The translations under genes were made by a program, and so were the position numbers. DNA of 64,000 nt from Bilabrum cf. latius (Eukaryota), in the NCBI GenBank assembly GCA_965178125.1, contig OZ237759.1, forward strand, positions 744,001-808,000, read 5' to 3'. The stretch's first letter is position 1. Every line of letters starts with the position of its first letter. Below are positions 23,384 through 35,776 of this stretch, one piece after another. A model generated the notes under the pieces. It saw nothing but the letters and a program-made list of their open reading frames with translations. It ran no database searches and was not told where the DNA came from.

Positions 23384-26130
23384 TCACGACCACGCCTCCA
23401 CCCTGACCCGCCCCTGCCTCTCCAACTCCTTCAGCATCGCCCTGGCTCGATCCTTCCCACCATCCGACCCCTCACTTGTCACACCTACGCCGCTCGTCAC
23501 ACCGCCAACGGCACTCAGGTGCCCCTCGATGCACTCCACCAGCACGTCCTTCACGTCGCTTGGCATGCGGTTCGCGCTGCCCGCAATGTACACGTAACCG
23601 CCTTCTTCCACGAGCGCCCGGCCAACCCATGCCGCCTGCTCCAGCAGTCTTTTTGTAACGTACACTTTGTGCTTTCCGGTGCTCCTCGAGAACGCAGTGT
23701 GCAGCCCTTGCAGCGCGCCCCCCTGCACCATCCTCAGCCAGTCGCGCGCATAATAATAATCCGAGTCCGCCCGCCGGCATCCAAAGAAGAGCCGCCAACC
23801 GACCTCACCAGGACCTACACTCTCGGCGTAGGACTCTGGAGATCGGAGCACATCTGCGGAACCTCCATCGCGCGGCCCCTGCACCAACATGAAGGGCGGC
23901 ACGTTGGCCGTTGCCGCCGCCGCCGCTCCATCACCCGCATCCCCAGCCGCGCCGCCGTGCGATGCACCCGACCTCAGCGCCGCCTCCCGCTCCATCAGCA
24001 GGGAACGCATGGGAGCGACTCCTGTACCCGGTCCAACCATAATGAGGGGGGCCCCCGGATCCACCGGTGGACGGAAGCTGCCGGGTACAATGTACATGGC
24101 AACCATGGCGCCTCCACCGGCACCGGCACCAGCACCAGCACCAGCACCAGCGTGCGATGCACTTGCCGGGAGCCCCGCTAGCCATGAGGAGCACAGCCCC
24201 TGCCTTTTGGCTCCGAATCTCGTGGTGTAGGCCAGCTTGGCCACGAGGAGCTCCAGCCTGCCGGGGAGGGCGCTGGGCCCCGAGGCGATGGAGAAGGACC
24301 TGGGCTGCAGGGGGGCCACCAGCTCCAGAAGGTGGGGCAGGGGAACATGGACGGAGGGAAAGTCCAGTAGGACCTCTAGCCAGGACCTGCTCTCCTGCTC
24401 GATGTACGCGAAGAACACGTCGGAGCCCCCCGGGCTGGCCATCTCGGCCAATTTCTCCGCCTCGTCCTCGTCAGCAGCGAAGAAGCTCAGCTGGCCGAGC
24501 GCGCGCCTCCTCGGCTTCCCGAACACGTCAAGGTACAGCGTGAAGAGATCTCGGACCGTGATCTCTGTACCGTAGGGCAGCCGGTGCGAAGGTGCCCTGG
24601 TGCGAGGCAGCCTGGTGGGATACCTTGCGACCAAGGGGTCGTGGGGAGACGGTCTAGCGACCCGCAGCGCGGAGGCAGACACACCCATCCCGCTGGATCC
24701 GGATAGAGCATCCGCTGCCTCCTCGGCGGCCTGCATGTCAGCGGCGGAGATACTTTCAGTTTCCAAGCGGGAGTCGGTGCTTGCAATTGCAAGCTCGCCG
24801 CCACCGGCAGCATCAGCATCGCTCATGGCAGGCTGCCAGGGCATCTCTCCCCCTGCACGCGTGGACATACTTCCATCCCCACTCCCGCTCCCAGCAGACG
24901 TACTTGCTGCCTAGCTATCTCCCGTCTCGCTGGTGCTCCTCTAGCTCAACGGCCGATCCAGGGCGGAAGGGAGGGCGGGATTGCGGTACACCCTTCGAAG
25001 CAGGTCCAGCACCTCTGCTGGGGTGGGCTCCAATTTCGATGACGTGTGACGAGTGCCGGCGGAAGCACCACCATCGAGCGGTGCATCTGGTGCTTCGCCC
25101 CCGTCCGCGTGTTCCCTGATCAGCACCGTGTCGTCTGGCCTGAGTCCCAGCCTCCCCCACATCGCTCGGAGCCTCTTTCCCCCGTCTCCGTCGTTCCTCG
25201 GCCAGAGAACACAGACGTCCCCTGCCTGCCAGCGCGGCGCCCCCTTAGGCAAGCGGAAGCGCAGGTGGCGGGTGTCTTGCGACCAGCCGCTCGCAGTGAC
25301 TCGCTCGTTCGACTCCAGCTGGGCGAGCATCGGGGCAAGTGTTCCCGTGGTGGATGACCGGTAGGCTCGCCCGGGAGGCGCAAGAAACGCAGGGAAATAC
25401 CTCGGCGCGCGGATGGGGTGGTGTGACGAGTGCGTTGGTGGTTTCAAGGATGTGCTGCTCGCCCGGCCCGCTGCAGTACTAGCAGTCGTGCGCTGCACCG
25501 AGTAGCGCGTGCCGGCCACCGCGGGCTGGTCCGAGATTGGCAGCAGCTCGGGCGGCGTGGGGCAGCGCTTCTGCAGAGCGGGCCACAGCTGGGTCTTGAG
25601 CCAGATATCAAGGTCGCCTTCGAGGCCCTGCTCGCTCTACTCGTCCGCAAGTCCCCTGGGGCACATATTTTTGGCGCCGAGCTGCTCCAGTCGAACGCTG
25701 AGCATGCGCGCAGCTGCATTGAACTTCTCGTACGAGGAATCCCCTAGGCCTAGGACTGCTACCTCGGTGCTCGACAGAGAATCATTCGGCAAGCTTGGTT
25801 GCCTTAGGAATTTCCAAAATGATGACATGTTATCCGGAACTTCGCCGTCTCCGGTGGTTGATGCGACAAACACAACCATACGGCGACGTGGCAGATGCTG
25901 CAACTCGATTGAATCCATCGGAATGCAGTCAGGGGAGCACCCCCTTCGTTCTGCCATATCAGAAATTCGCTCAGCAATATCCTGCGGACTAGCAGTGGGC
26001 CGAACACGGGAGAGAGAAAATCATTTCAAAGAATCGACAGGTCTGGCAATTTAGGACCGCAGCTCTCTCTTACCTGCGCGGTGCCAGTCTAGGATCCGTA
26101 TGCAATTAACAATTCATTTGGAGAGCTCAT
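23384..26130 (-). CDS. NDOR1: NADPH-dependent diflavin oxidoreductase 1 (Tah18/NDOR1); intron 25982-26073; 4 in-frame TAG
   Basis: Flavodoxin motifs IAYGS*TGTAQ, ASTTGDGEVPDN, GLGDSSYEKFN and RGLADE*; FAD/NADPH motifs PRSFSIAS, GLCS, MVGPGTGVAP and LFFGCR; C-terminal EAWS then TGA. TAG at 26089, 25637, 24941 and 24911. Confidence 0.93.
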
Positions 26131-26504
26131 TGCTGGAAGTACAATAGTGCAGGTACAGCAAGCAGTAACTGTTGCAATTGGGCCGAAGTGCGTGACGAGG
26201 GCACTGCTTGGCAACCAGCCCCCCGTGTTGCTGCATGATGTATGCATACAGCACAGTGTGGCGCTTGCTATATACCAAGTTATTATGAAAATCGGGCATC
26301 TCCCTTCAGCAGACACGACAGAGGACTGCGGGAGCTCAACTGCCACAGGTGTGGCGGGTTCGGCAAATTTCCCTTCCACCACCACCAGGCCCACTTGCGG
26401 TTGCTCGAAATCAACAGAAATCCCATAATCTTTGATTTCAATCCAACTAGATGCTTGCCCCGACATCTCCTGCACGCAGAACCCCACATTCCCCCAGGTC
26501 ACGA

Positions 26505-27285
26505 TCACTCCTCCTTCTCCTGGGAGTGGTACAGGTAGTACAGCGTGCCAGAGCCGGAGAGCAGTGTGCTCGCGATCCAAAATCCGAAAGCAGTGCCGTT
26601 GATCTGCGGGGAAGTGGAGGGGTCCATGAAGCACAAAATACAGTCTCATGCATGTGCAGGCGATGGCTCGGTGCAGCTTTGTTTACGGCAACCGATCAAC
26701 TCTAGTGTCCGAGCGAGTAGCCTAGCCGAACGGGCGGAGGCCTGTCCGATGCGTTTGCGTTAAATCTCACCTCTCCTGTGTGCAGCAGCACCAAAGGCAA
26801 CCCCAGCAAGCAGCTCATCACTGCTGCCACCACGCAAGTGCCGAAATTCGCTGTCTACCGCTGAGCTATTGTCATGTCATCCCAGTTGTCGTGCTTGGGG
26901 TTCACCAGGTGGAACAGAACAATAATGATGGGTAAGCACAATACGAAGACGAGATCCACGAACAAGACCCATGCGGATGTGATGGCAGCCCCAACGACTA
27001 GCAAGCAGAACGACAAGCCTATCGTTAACCCCATAACCTGCGGTGATTTGCAGCATGTTATGGAAGTCGCCACATTGGGAGTTCCTGTCAGATTCCATCA
27101 ATATAATGTATATGTGGCATGTGACTGACTGATTCATTTAGCGCCAATACGTTTGCCCCAAATCAAAGCCGAACCGCATGGTAGATACTGCTACAAATTG
27201 ATCCAGTCCACGGCAGCTGCCCCGCGATTCTCACCATTGTAATAGTTGCACCTTGCGATAGACCACAGCATTTTCCAGAACACAT
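26505..27285 (-). CDS. Vps55/LEPROT-like small multipass membrane protein (3 exons; in-frame TAG at 26855)
   Basis: Spliced model MCSGKCCGLSQGATITM|VMGLTIGLSFCLLVVGAAITSAWVLF...QR*TANFGTCVVAAVMSCLLGLPLVLLHTGE|INGTAFGFWIASTLL...EKEE-TGA. It has four hydrophobic segments and a GLPxV motif recalled from Vps55. Confidence 0.7.
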
Positions 27286-27581
27286 GATTCCACAACCTGC
27301 GGGTATATGAGGGGTGATGCAGATTCAGATCGGTTTCGACACATAGCGTATTCTGGACCAAACGATTGATACTGACCGAATTTTAGGGGTGACCAACGTT
27401 AAGGCTGATACAATCATACTTCGGATCTTTCTCACTCAGATATCGGCGGCTGGATGCGTAGGAGCTGTATTTATCCCTTTTCCCGGAACACCCCTAGAAC
27501 GGAACATTCGCGTCGATCGGAGCAGTGCGCGGCGCAAATTTTCCTTGCCTCACTGTAGTCTGCAAAGAAAGAACGCTAACC

Positions 27582-28309
27582 ATGTTCAAGAGGTACGATA
27601 TATTGACCGTTCGAATGTCTGATTGCTTGTTAATGGTTCCAACACCCCCATAAATGCCCTGTTTGTCAGCACCCAATGCGCAGGTTCGAGAAGAGTGATG
27701 TATCTACTGTTACCTTGCTCAAGTCTAGTGCCCAGAGGAATATTCGGAAGCAGATTGTGGAGCAGTATCCAGCATCGGAAGCATCAATCGATAATTTTTT
27801 GCCAGCTGGTGAGCCCATGTGCGCGTTCAAGTTCAGGCAAAGATACTAGGTTGCCTGCCACCAGAGCGAGCTCTTCTAGCGTACCTGCCCAGACGCACGC
27901 AGGCAAAATCGAAGAGGCAAAACTGCCGCACAAGACAACTATTGCGTGCATCGATAAGGAACCTCTTGCTTTCCACGCCAAGGGCGAGCCATATGTGCCA
28001 ACCCTCAGAGTGGTCCACAAATACCCGGGCCTCATGCCCCGTGTGACCGTCGACAAGGGTGCCATCCGGTTCGTCCTCAACGGTGCCAACGTAAAGGCAC
28101 CTGGCCTCACCAGCGAGGGCGGTAGCGTGGAGATCGACGAGCCCGCAGGCACACCGGTGGCCGTGTATGCAGAGGGCAAGGCATCGGCCATCGCTGTGGG
28201 CACCCTCGCCATGGACGCCAAGGACATCAAGCCAGGCGTGACGGGCGATGCCATCAAAGTGCTGCATTACTTGAACGATGGGCTTTGGAAGCTCGAGAAG
28301 CTGGCGTGA
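27582..28309 (+). CDS. MCTS1: MCT-1/Tma20 translation re-initiation factor (PUA domain); introns 27593-27683 and 27809-27902
   Basis: Starts MFKRF; motifs PTLRVVHKYP, VDKGAIRFVLNGANVKAPGLTS and HYLNDGLW; ends at TGA. Confidence 0.93.
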
Positions 28310-28497
28310 TGTGGAAGTTTTTGGGTTTGTTTCAGGGCAGGTTGGAGCGAGAATCTCGAGGTCTTGGCCAGTGGGAGACGGAGCCAGCCGGCCTGCATGC
28401 AATGGAAGAGAGGAGGGGACACCCGACGCAATCTATCAGCTGGATGTTTTTGACGGCTTTCAATTGCCATGTGGAGGCTGTTTGAGTGCGGTGTGGA

Positions 28498-28520
28498 GGG
28501 GGGGGGGGGGGGGGGGGGGG
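28498..28520 (+). repeat. Poly-G run (23 nt)
   Basis: Directly visible homopolymer. Confidence 0.9.
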
Positions 28521-29119
28521 CTCGAAACCAGCCGTACTTGCCGCAGTGCAACATCAGCGCATCGCCCACACGAACGCGCTCTCTTGTGTCGACGGGCAGG
28601 GATAGCAACAGCGTGCATCTCATCTTGATTGCCTGCCTGTATCGGGCAGCAGCTGCCGTGGGTGGAATTGCCTCGGTGAAATGTCTCCACGCCCAGCCAA
28701 TGATGGTGCTATCAGTGGAAGCGCAAGTTTAGGAGCATCAGTGAAAGGAGTGCACGGAATGCGGCAGCCTCTTAGAAAGCAAGTGTTCCTTGGGCTGCCT
28801 CGATCAGCAGGGTGCAGAGAAACGGCCGTGACTACCAGCCCGCGATGGTATCTAGAACCGATCGACCTAGCCCCTAGAGGGTCAAGCTGGAGGTATATCG
28901 GCCCGAGCATCAGGTCATCAGGTCAAGTGAACATGGGCCGGTTCGTCTGTGCCGATCTGGATATGAGGATTGATTGAGTCGCATAACCTTGTATCGTACA
29001 ATACTCAGGATCCTTAGTCCCGTCCACTTGTCAAGATCTAGGCCAACTAACCGTTCGATCGATCGACCGACCAGATCCACATCCGGATCAACCAGAGCCC
29101 CACTGGATGCTGCCCTCGT

Positions 29120-30433
29120 TCAACCAGAGCCCCACTGGATGCTGCCCTCGTTCGTCCTTGCGTTGAACGTGACCTTGGTTCCGCTGGCAAACGCGCGACG
29201 CCACTCATCCGTGGCCTCGTCATACACCGCATCCCCAAGGGGGGGCCCCAGCGGCCGGTCGAACAGCCCCGGGATCCAGTGCGTCTTGAAGGACCCCTGG
29301 TCTGCCGCGCTCGACTGCCACCCGCCAGTCACAAAGTAGTGGTATTCTCCAGCGCCGGCAAGGAAGGCGGCCACGTTAGGGAGACACGTCTCATTGGCGG
29401 GGGCCTTGTTGCAGCCCTGGTGGCACTCGTACACGATCCGCTTGCCGGTGCTACGGGAGTACCGAGTCAGGTTGCGGAGGGTCATGACCGTATCGTTCGA
29501 CGCAACGCAGCCCTCATGCAGCACGCCGTTCACGTAAGGCTCCTGCTCCCCGAAATCCTCCGGGGTGAGGATTTCTCCCGGAACTTTCCCGAGGAGAAGG
29601 CCGTCCCCCAGCGCGGCCGTCGTGTCCCTGAGTGCCTGGTGCCTGCCCCTGTCCCACCCGTACGCAGTGGTGGCATTCATGCCGTATTGGAGCTTGGTGC
29701 AGTTGAAGCGGCCTTTCCCGTCCCAGTCGGAAGGAGGCTGGCATGCCACCTGCCAGGAAGCGTCCGCCCCGCACCCGTCGATCACCCCGCTGGCGGTGAG
29801 GTTGAGGCACATGTCGCGCCAGTAGTCCCTGGCCGGCTGCTGGTCGAACCCGAACAAATGGCAGTGGCTCCAGGCGTCCATCGCGGGGGAGCCGTCCGCC
29901 CCCATGACCACGTACGGGTCACGATGCGTCTCGAGGAAACCGGCGGGGCGGAAGTGTCCCGTGGAGCAGGCCTCTGTGGCGTCTGGGTTTAGCGTGTGGT
30001 TCACGCCCGAGTGGCCTTGAGGTGGGAACCACCAGCCCGTGTAGATGCGCATGCTGTCCAGCCAGACAACCACGCTGGCGTCCGGGTTACGCTATTTGAT
30101 TTCCTGCGCAGACGCGACCATGGCGTCTTCCTCCCAAAGGAACACAGGGTTCCCCTCGCCGTCCTTGGCCTACGAGCCCTGCCACTTCTCGATCGTAACC
30201 AGTGGAAATCGGGAGATCGTTTCCATCTCGGCAGCGGAATAGGTGCCCGCTGGGCCAGTAGTGGATTCTGCGCTGTGAAAGGCCACCGGAACTGTGTCCC
30301 AAGACCACTTAGGCCCTTTGCAGGTGGCGCACGACGCCCGCCCGGCCTGCTCGCGTGCCCGTGCGACGCTTGACATCGCTGTAGCACTGGCCACAAGGGC
30401 TCCTATAATTATATGCTTACATAAAGATTTCAT
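29120..30433 (-). CDS. Secreted putative glycoside hydrolase (GHL15-like), 2 in-frame TAG (30170, 30092)
   Basis: Signal peptide; motifs WSWDTVPV, FPLVTIEK, AAFLAGAGEYHYF, DRPLGPPLG and WRRAF. Clear paralog of 30753..31913; ORFs 30170..30433 and 29120..30073 are in frame. Confidence 0.75.
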
Positions 30434-30752
30434 TGTACGCTACCGTGACGAAGTGTAAATCCTGTGAAAGATGCAAATCATCGAGTAGATCCAGAAAATA
30501 GCAAAATCATTCGGCAACCAGCACAGCCACACAGACCCATAGGAATAAAGGTGTCTCCCGCACCATCATACACTTTGAATACTTAATACGTTGACTCACG
30601 ACAGTAAACTGTGATTCCAGGGAAGGATCGCGCCGTAGCCGCGTTGCGTCGCGCGCTACTGAAGTAGCGTGCTAACGTCTGCATTGCTAGATCGTGCCGC
30701 GCTGATCCCTACACAGCAGCCCACGCACTGATTGCCCCGGTAGTATAGATTC

Positions 30753-31913
30753 ATGTTCTCGCAACTAAGCATACTGGCTGCGGTCGGCACGGTAGCGCTC
30801 GGCGCTGGACCTCCATTCACGTGGGACACCGTCCCTGTGTACTCACACATGTGCAACAAATCTGGCGAGTTTTCGCCCGAAACGGTGGCTGCCCTCGCGA
30901 AGTTTCCGATCGTTACGGTCGAAAAGGGCCAAGCAGTTGATCAGCCCGGATGGGCCGAGGACAAGATCGTCGCTGCGCTCAAGCAGGTCCGTGAAGCGAA
31001 TCCAGCTGTTCACACCGTCATGTACCTCAATTCAGTGCTGAGCTGGGAGCAATACAAGCTCTCCCAGACGATCGCAAGCGATCCAAAGTACCAGCTGCTC
31101 AACGACACGGGAAAACCGGTGCGGCAACACGGCGACCACAGCTTCAAGCAGCCTCCCAACGGAATGCTCATTTATGGGTTCGACAAGCAGCCCGCGAGGA
31201 GCGCCTGGTCGGGCACCTGCCTCACCGCAGTGAGCACGGGCTACGTGGATTCTTGCTTCAGCGACCGCTCCTCGGAAGACAGCTTCCACGACAACGTCCT
31301 GTCCCCGGCCACGCAAGCGGCCTACACTGAAGGTCACGCCGGGGTGCAGCGGGAGCTCCAAACGGCGCTGGACGGACAGGGCAACGGCGGTTTCGTGGTG
31401 GCCAACAACGGGGTCGTGCAAGGGGTGCGTGCAGGGATGTACGAGAGCTTCGGAGCGTCGAACGCAAGCATCAATGCCGTGCTACAGTACGTGCGGAACG
31501 GCTTCGGTAACAACACCGCGGAGGCTGCATCGAACGGTGGTGCATCGAAGTACGACCAGAGGTACCTTCTCGAGGTACACGCAGGGTATCACCCCGACGG
31601 CGACGACAACCACTGCAAGGACGGGGTCACCAACTCGCTGGCTGCATTCCTGATCGCCGCCGGGCCCAACTCGTACTACGGTTGCGCCAGCGACTGGGTG
31701 GTGTCCAAAGACGACCAGCAGTGGGTAAAGTGGTGGCCCGAGTACTCCAAACCCCTAGGGGAGCCCAAGGGGCCGGGGGTGTACGACCCCAGCTCGGGGT
31801 CTTGGAGCCGAGAATTCGGGGCCGGGACGGTGGTGACGTTCGACGCCGGCGCGGGGACGGGCCGGATCGAGTGGAGCGACGGCACGGTGAGCCAGGGGCG
31901 TAGGCGTGCGTGA
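30753..31913 (+). CDS. Secreted putative glycoside hydrolase (GHL15-like), intronless
   Basis: Signal peptide; motifs FTWDTVPV, FPIVTVEK, AAFLIAAGPNSYYG, WPEYSKPLGEPKG and WSREF; ends at TGA. Confidence 0.78.
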   Translation: MFSQLSILAAVGTVALGAGPPFTWDTVPVYSHMCNKSGEFSPETVAALAKFPIVTVEKGQAVDQPGWAEDKIVAALKQVREANPAVHTVMYLNSVLSWEQYKLSQTIASDPKYQLLNDTGKPVRQHGDHSFKQPPNGMLIYGFDKQPARSAWSGTCLTAVSTGYVDSCFSDRSSEDSFHDNVLSPATQAAYTEGHAGVQRELQTALDGQGNGGFVVANNGVVQGVRAGMYESFGASNASINAVLQYVRNGFGNNTAEAASNGGASKYDQRYLLEVHAGYHPDGDDNHCKDGVTNSLAAFLIAAGPNSYYGCASDWVVSKDDQQWVKWWPEYSKPLGEPKGPGVYDPSSGSWSREFGAGTVVTFDAGAGTGRIEWSDGTVSQGRRRA

Positions 31914-32508
31914 GGAGGAAAAGTGTGGGGTTAGGCAAGAACGGTAAGTGTTTAGTGGTGGCATCCAGGCCAGGCCAACCGGGTGACGTTGACGTTGGGG
32001 ACTCACCAGGGAGGAGAGCCAGGATCGGCCTTGTCGCATCCTACTTGACCCGACTTGCCGTGTTCTATTTCGAACAAAAGTTTGCAAATCGTGTGCGTGT
32101 GTACAACTGTGGGCGAAGCAGCGTCGGGGGCACGGTGCATTTTGGCGGGCCTTTGCGACCAATATATTGTAATTCCGAATCGTTTGTTCGACAAAGTTGT
32201 AGACACCCAATTGCGGCGCACTGAATCACTTTGAGTTCGGTAACACTGCATTTTCTTGGGCTTCTACGCCTGATATACTTAGTGGTCTACCGTTCAGGCG
32301 TATAGCTTTCCAAGCTATCGTGGATAGTAGGTTAGACCCTCCGTTCTCGAAACGATCAACCATTCTGTGTTCGACGAGACATTTAATACCTGTACGTGAC
32401 AGAACGCTGGCCCATTCTCGCTACAATTATAATAAACTTATTGGATTCAGGTGACACTTTGCTTACGAGATTTTGTGCGCGTATTCCCTCCGCAAGCAGA
32501 AAGAAAAA

Positions 32509-33911
32509 ATGTCAAACAGAAACAATGAAGCCGAGACTGCAGCAGTTCTAGAGATTGCCCTGAAATCAGTCTGCAAAGACATGCGAACCATAATTCTCGC
32601 GACTATGAGCGCATAGAGCGGTGCGTAGGCGCAGGCTCCGTGCCGCGAAGGAGAGGCTGCTGCAGTGGTAGCCCCACCATCCACTTCAGATAAAAGCTGG
32701 TGTCAAGTGTTTGCACTCATCGTCATCAACCTGCTGGTGCAAGTCGGACTTCTTTCTCCAGAAAATGCGCGCAACTTGCTCTTGGCCAGATTCCAGAAAG
32801 TGGCTGCCAGGCCCACCCAAGCGGGCCAGAAGCTTTCGCAGAAACAGGCCCAGGGTGCGTCGTCAACACCGCAGGATACGCAAGAGCTGACCATCATTAA
32901 GAAGTGCATGCGAGATGCTATTTCTGCGCAGCCGTCACCTGCTAAAATATCTGTAAACTCCCTCACCGCTCTTCTAAAGTAGAGAGTTGCGGCTGGTGCA
33001 CTGGCCCTGGCCCTCAACCCCCTCAATGAACGTGCGGACACTCTGGACTAGTTCTACAGTATCGCGAACAGCTCCCAGGCGCACGACGCAGAGCATCGGC
33101 GCAGTGATAGGGATCAAGCAACTTCTGGTTTGAGGTGTCAGCGAGTGCTGAAAACCGGCTACAGTACGGCGGTGGACCATATACGGCGACCGAAGTGGGA
33201 GGTCCCTGCCGTGCTGTGTGACAATGTCCGCAACAACGCAAAGACCGCTGTAGCGCGCGCCTTCCTTGAGGCTATCATGAACAGAATGCCACAGCATGGT
33301 CCTGAGACTATCATGAACAGCATGGTGAATGCTGGTTTGGACGTCGTAAGAGATAGCACTCTTCCATCTACACCGCGCTGCGCGGCAGCGGCTGGATCGT
33401 CTTGGTTACCTGGACAAGCTCGGGCTGGAAGCTGCGCTGATCCCGGTATGAGCGCACCATCTTCTTCTTCTCCATCTTCTTCTTCTTCATCATCTTCTTC
33501 TTCTTCATCGTCATCTGCATCTGCCGCCGGTGAGCCAGCCGCCGGTGCTGCCACAGGAGGGGCGGCCCTGGAGACGGCCGCCTAGGCCGTGGTCAAGATG
33601 CTGGAGAACACTCGCCTCTCGCTGGAGAAGATCCCTGATGCGAGGACGGGCAAGACAAGGCGAGAGAAAGCCATCGAAGAGCATGTGGCTGGTGAGGCTC
33701 AGAGACTTGAGGATTTACCCTTGCGGTGGCAACAGAACCCTGCAGTCAGGTCGCTGGCCATGTACGGGGACTATGCCGCTGCACTCGTGATGAGGGAGCC
33801 GAGTGCATTGGTCACATTCAGCGGGAATGGCGCAAAGGCCGTGGCTGAATACATGGGCACCTAGCAAGGTGGTGCTGGTGCTGGCGATGGCGCTGTTGGT
33901 CGTGTTCGTGT

Positions 33912-33961
<50 letters not shown>

Positions 33962-33992
33962 ATGGTCTTGGTCGTGGTCTTGGTCTTGGTCT

Positions 33993-34042
<50 letters not shown>

Positions 34043-35556
34043 TTCATGGCCGCGATGACGAGCACGATAAGCGTGGCACTGATTCCGTAGCCGCAGCTGC
34101 GGTCGAAGCATTCGGACATAGTAGCCGCGGAATGAGGCCGCATTTGCCCATACAGGCTTCGTGTGCGATGCCCTAGGGTAAGCCACCTTTACTCGCAACT
34201 TTTCAGCGACTTACTGAGCAAGCGTTATCATTATTGTAGGGCACAAGCGGGAGCAGGGCGCAACACTCGGGGCATCCGGACCCGGGTGCAAGCGAGGATC
34301 AAGTGGGCGTGGGTGACAACGAGTACGAAGACACTGGCAGTGACGCAGAATCTGTATTTGCAGCTCGGCTCAGAATCGGTGGCCTTCGCAGCCGCGCAGC
34401 ATGGCTGCCTTGGCGCCTATACGAAGCCTGTGACAGCGATAGTGACTGCTCTGACCTTGCTCGTGAGTTACAACCAGCGCATCAGCAGCCGTAGCTTGCT
34501 TCTTCATCCGCGGCATGCCAACTCGCAGTGACGCCTTCTACTAATTTGCGGCGGTCCAACTTTGACACGCATGCATGGAGTCTCTCTGCGGCTTCAGGGG
34601 TCCAGTATCAACCGATTGCAGTGCCAGACAGTTTTCGAGAATCGGATTCAGAAGTGAGCTCAGAGGCAGTGAAGCGCGTTTCTCCAAAGATTGCTGCAGT
34701 TCTCAAGGCAATGAAAAGTGCAGCTAGAGATAGGCACTCATCTAGTTCGACTGATAGAAAGTCCGTGACGGGGAGCTCTGCAGCGGCGGACTCCTAGTCC
34801 CTGCATGGCTAGGAGAGAACGTTGACGCCTGCATCGAGGCCTGACACGAGCTCCAGTGCAGGGGAGAGGCTGCTTTCACTGAAGTGGCACCCCTCGGACG
34901 CTCACCCGGATAGTGTTCAAGCATGCTCAGCCGTAGTCGAGCAAGCAAATGCGGATGCTCGGAATTCTAGGGGCAAAGCCGGAGCCGACGACGATACCAA
35001 AGCCGACGCTGATGCTGGGGCTAGTGCTGGCGCCCAAGCTGATGCTGATACTTGCGGTACGGCCGAAGCACAAGATGGGATTGGATCTACTGACTTCGGT
35101 GCTTGGACTGCGGCTGTAGCGGCTGTAGGTAGGCTTGAAATCGACGAGGCTGGCATGTCAACTGAACTTGCATGCCCCAGTACTGCATTGGGTGACGGAG
35201 AGCCAGCAGAACTCGTTGATGGAGAAAGACTGCGGGATGGCGAAGGATGCCATGGCCGCTTATCAGTTGGTGAACATGTAGGTGCGGCTCCTCGTGCAGG
35301 TGCAGGTGCAGGTGCAGGTGCAGGTGCAGGTGCAGGTGCAGGTGCAGGTGCAGGTGCAGGTGCAGGTGCAGGTGCAGGTGCAGGCACGGGACAAATCGCC
35401 GGCGGCAAGCGAGCAAGGCGGCTCAGGGATTCTGATTCCGATTCCATCCGGTCGACTGCCTCGAGGGGGTCTGCCTTCAATGGCTACGTGAGGCTGACAC
35501 AGCTTGACGGGGAGGCCATCAGCTCCACGAGCCGCAAGCGTACAAAGATCGTGTGA
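32509..35556 (+). CDS. Large low-complexity hypothetical protein (~1015 aa; poly-S, GR and GA repeats), about 11 in-frame TAG
   Basis: ORFs at 32665, 33130, 33589, 34303, 34528 and 34822 share one frame from ATG 32509, separated only by TAG; ends TGA TGA. Confidence 0.7.
33897..34043 (+). repeat. (GGTCGT)n hexamer repeat (Gly-Arg in the coding frame)
   Basis: Directly visible. Confidence 0.9.
35294..35384 (+). repeat. (GGTGCA)n hexamer repeat (Gly-Ala)
   Basis: Directly visible. Confidence 0.9.
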
Positions 35557-35776
35557 TGAACCATTGCTGAACGGTGACGATGTAGCAGGTTCATGCTTGG
35601 AAGGGCTGGATGTTTAGGGCATCCATTTTGGATTTTGATGTGTTCATTTAATTTTTTTTATAGCTTTGACGCGCTACACGATCCCGATGGGGTCATGTGC
35701 GATCATATCCGGAGCCGTAAATAAATTTCGTGCGCGTCGATTGGCACTCCATACCACACAGCGGAAGAATTTCATC

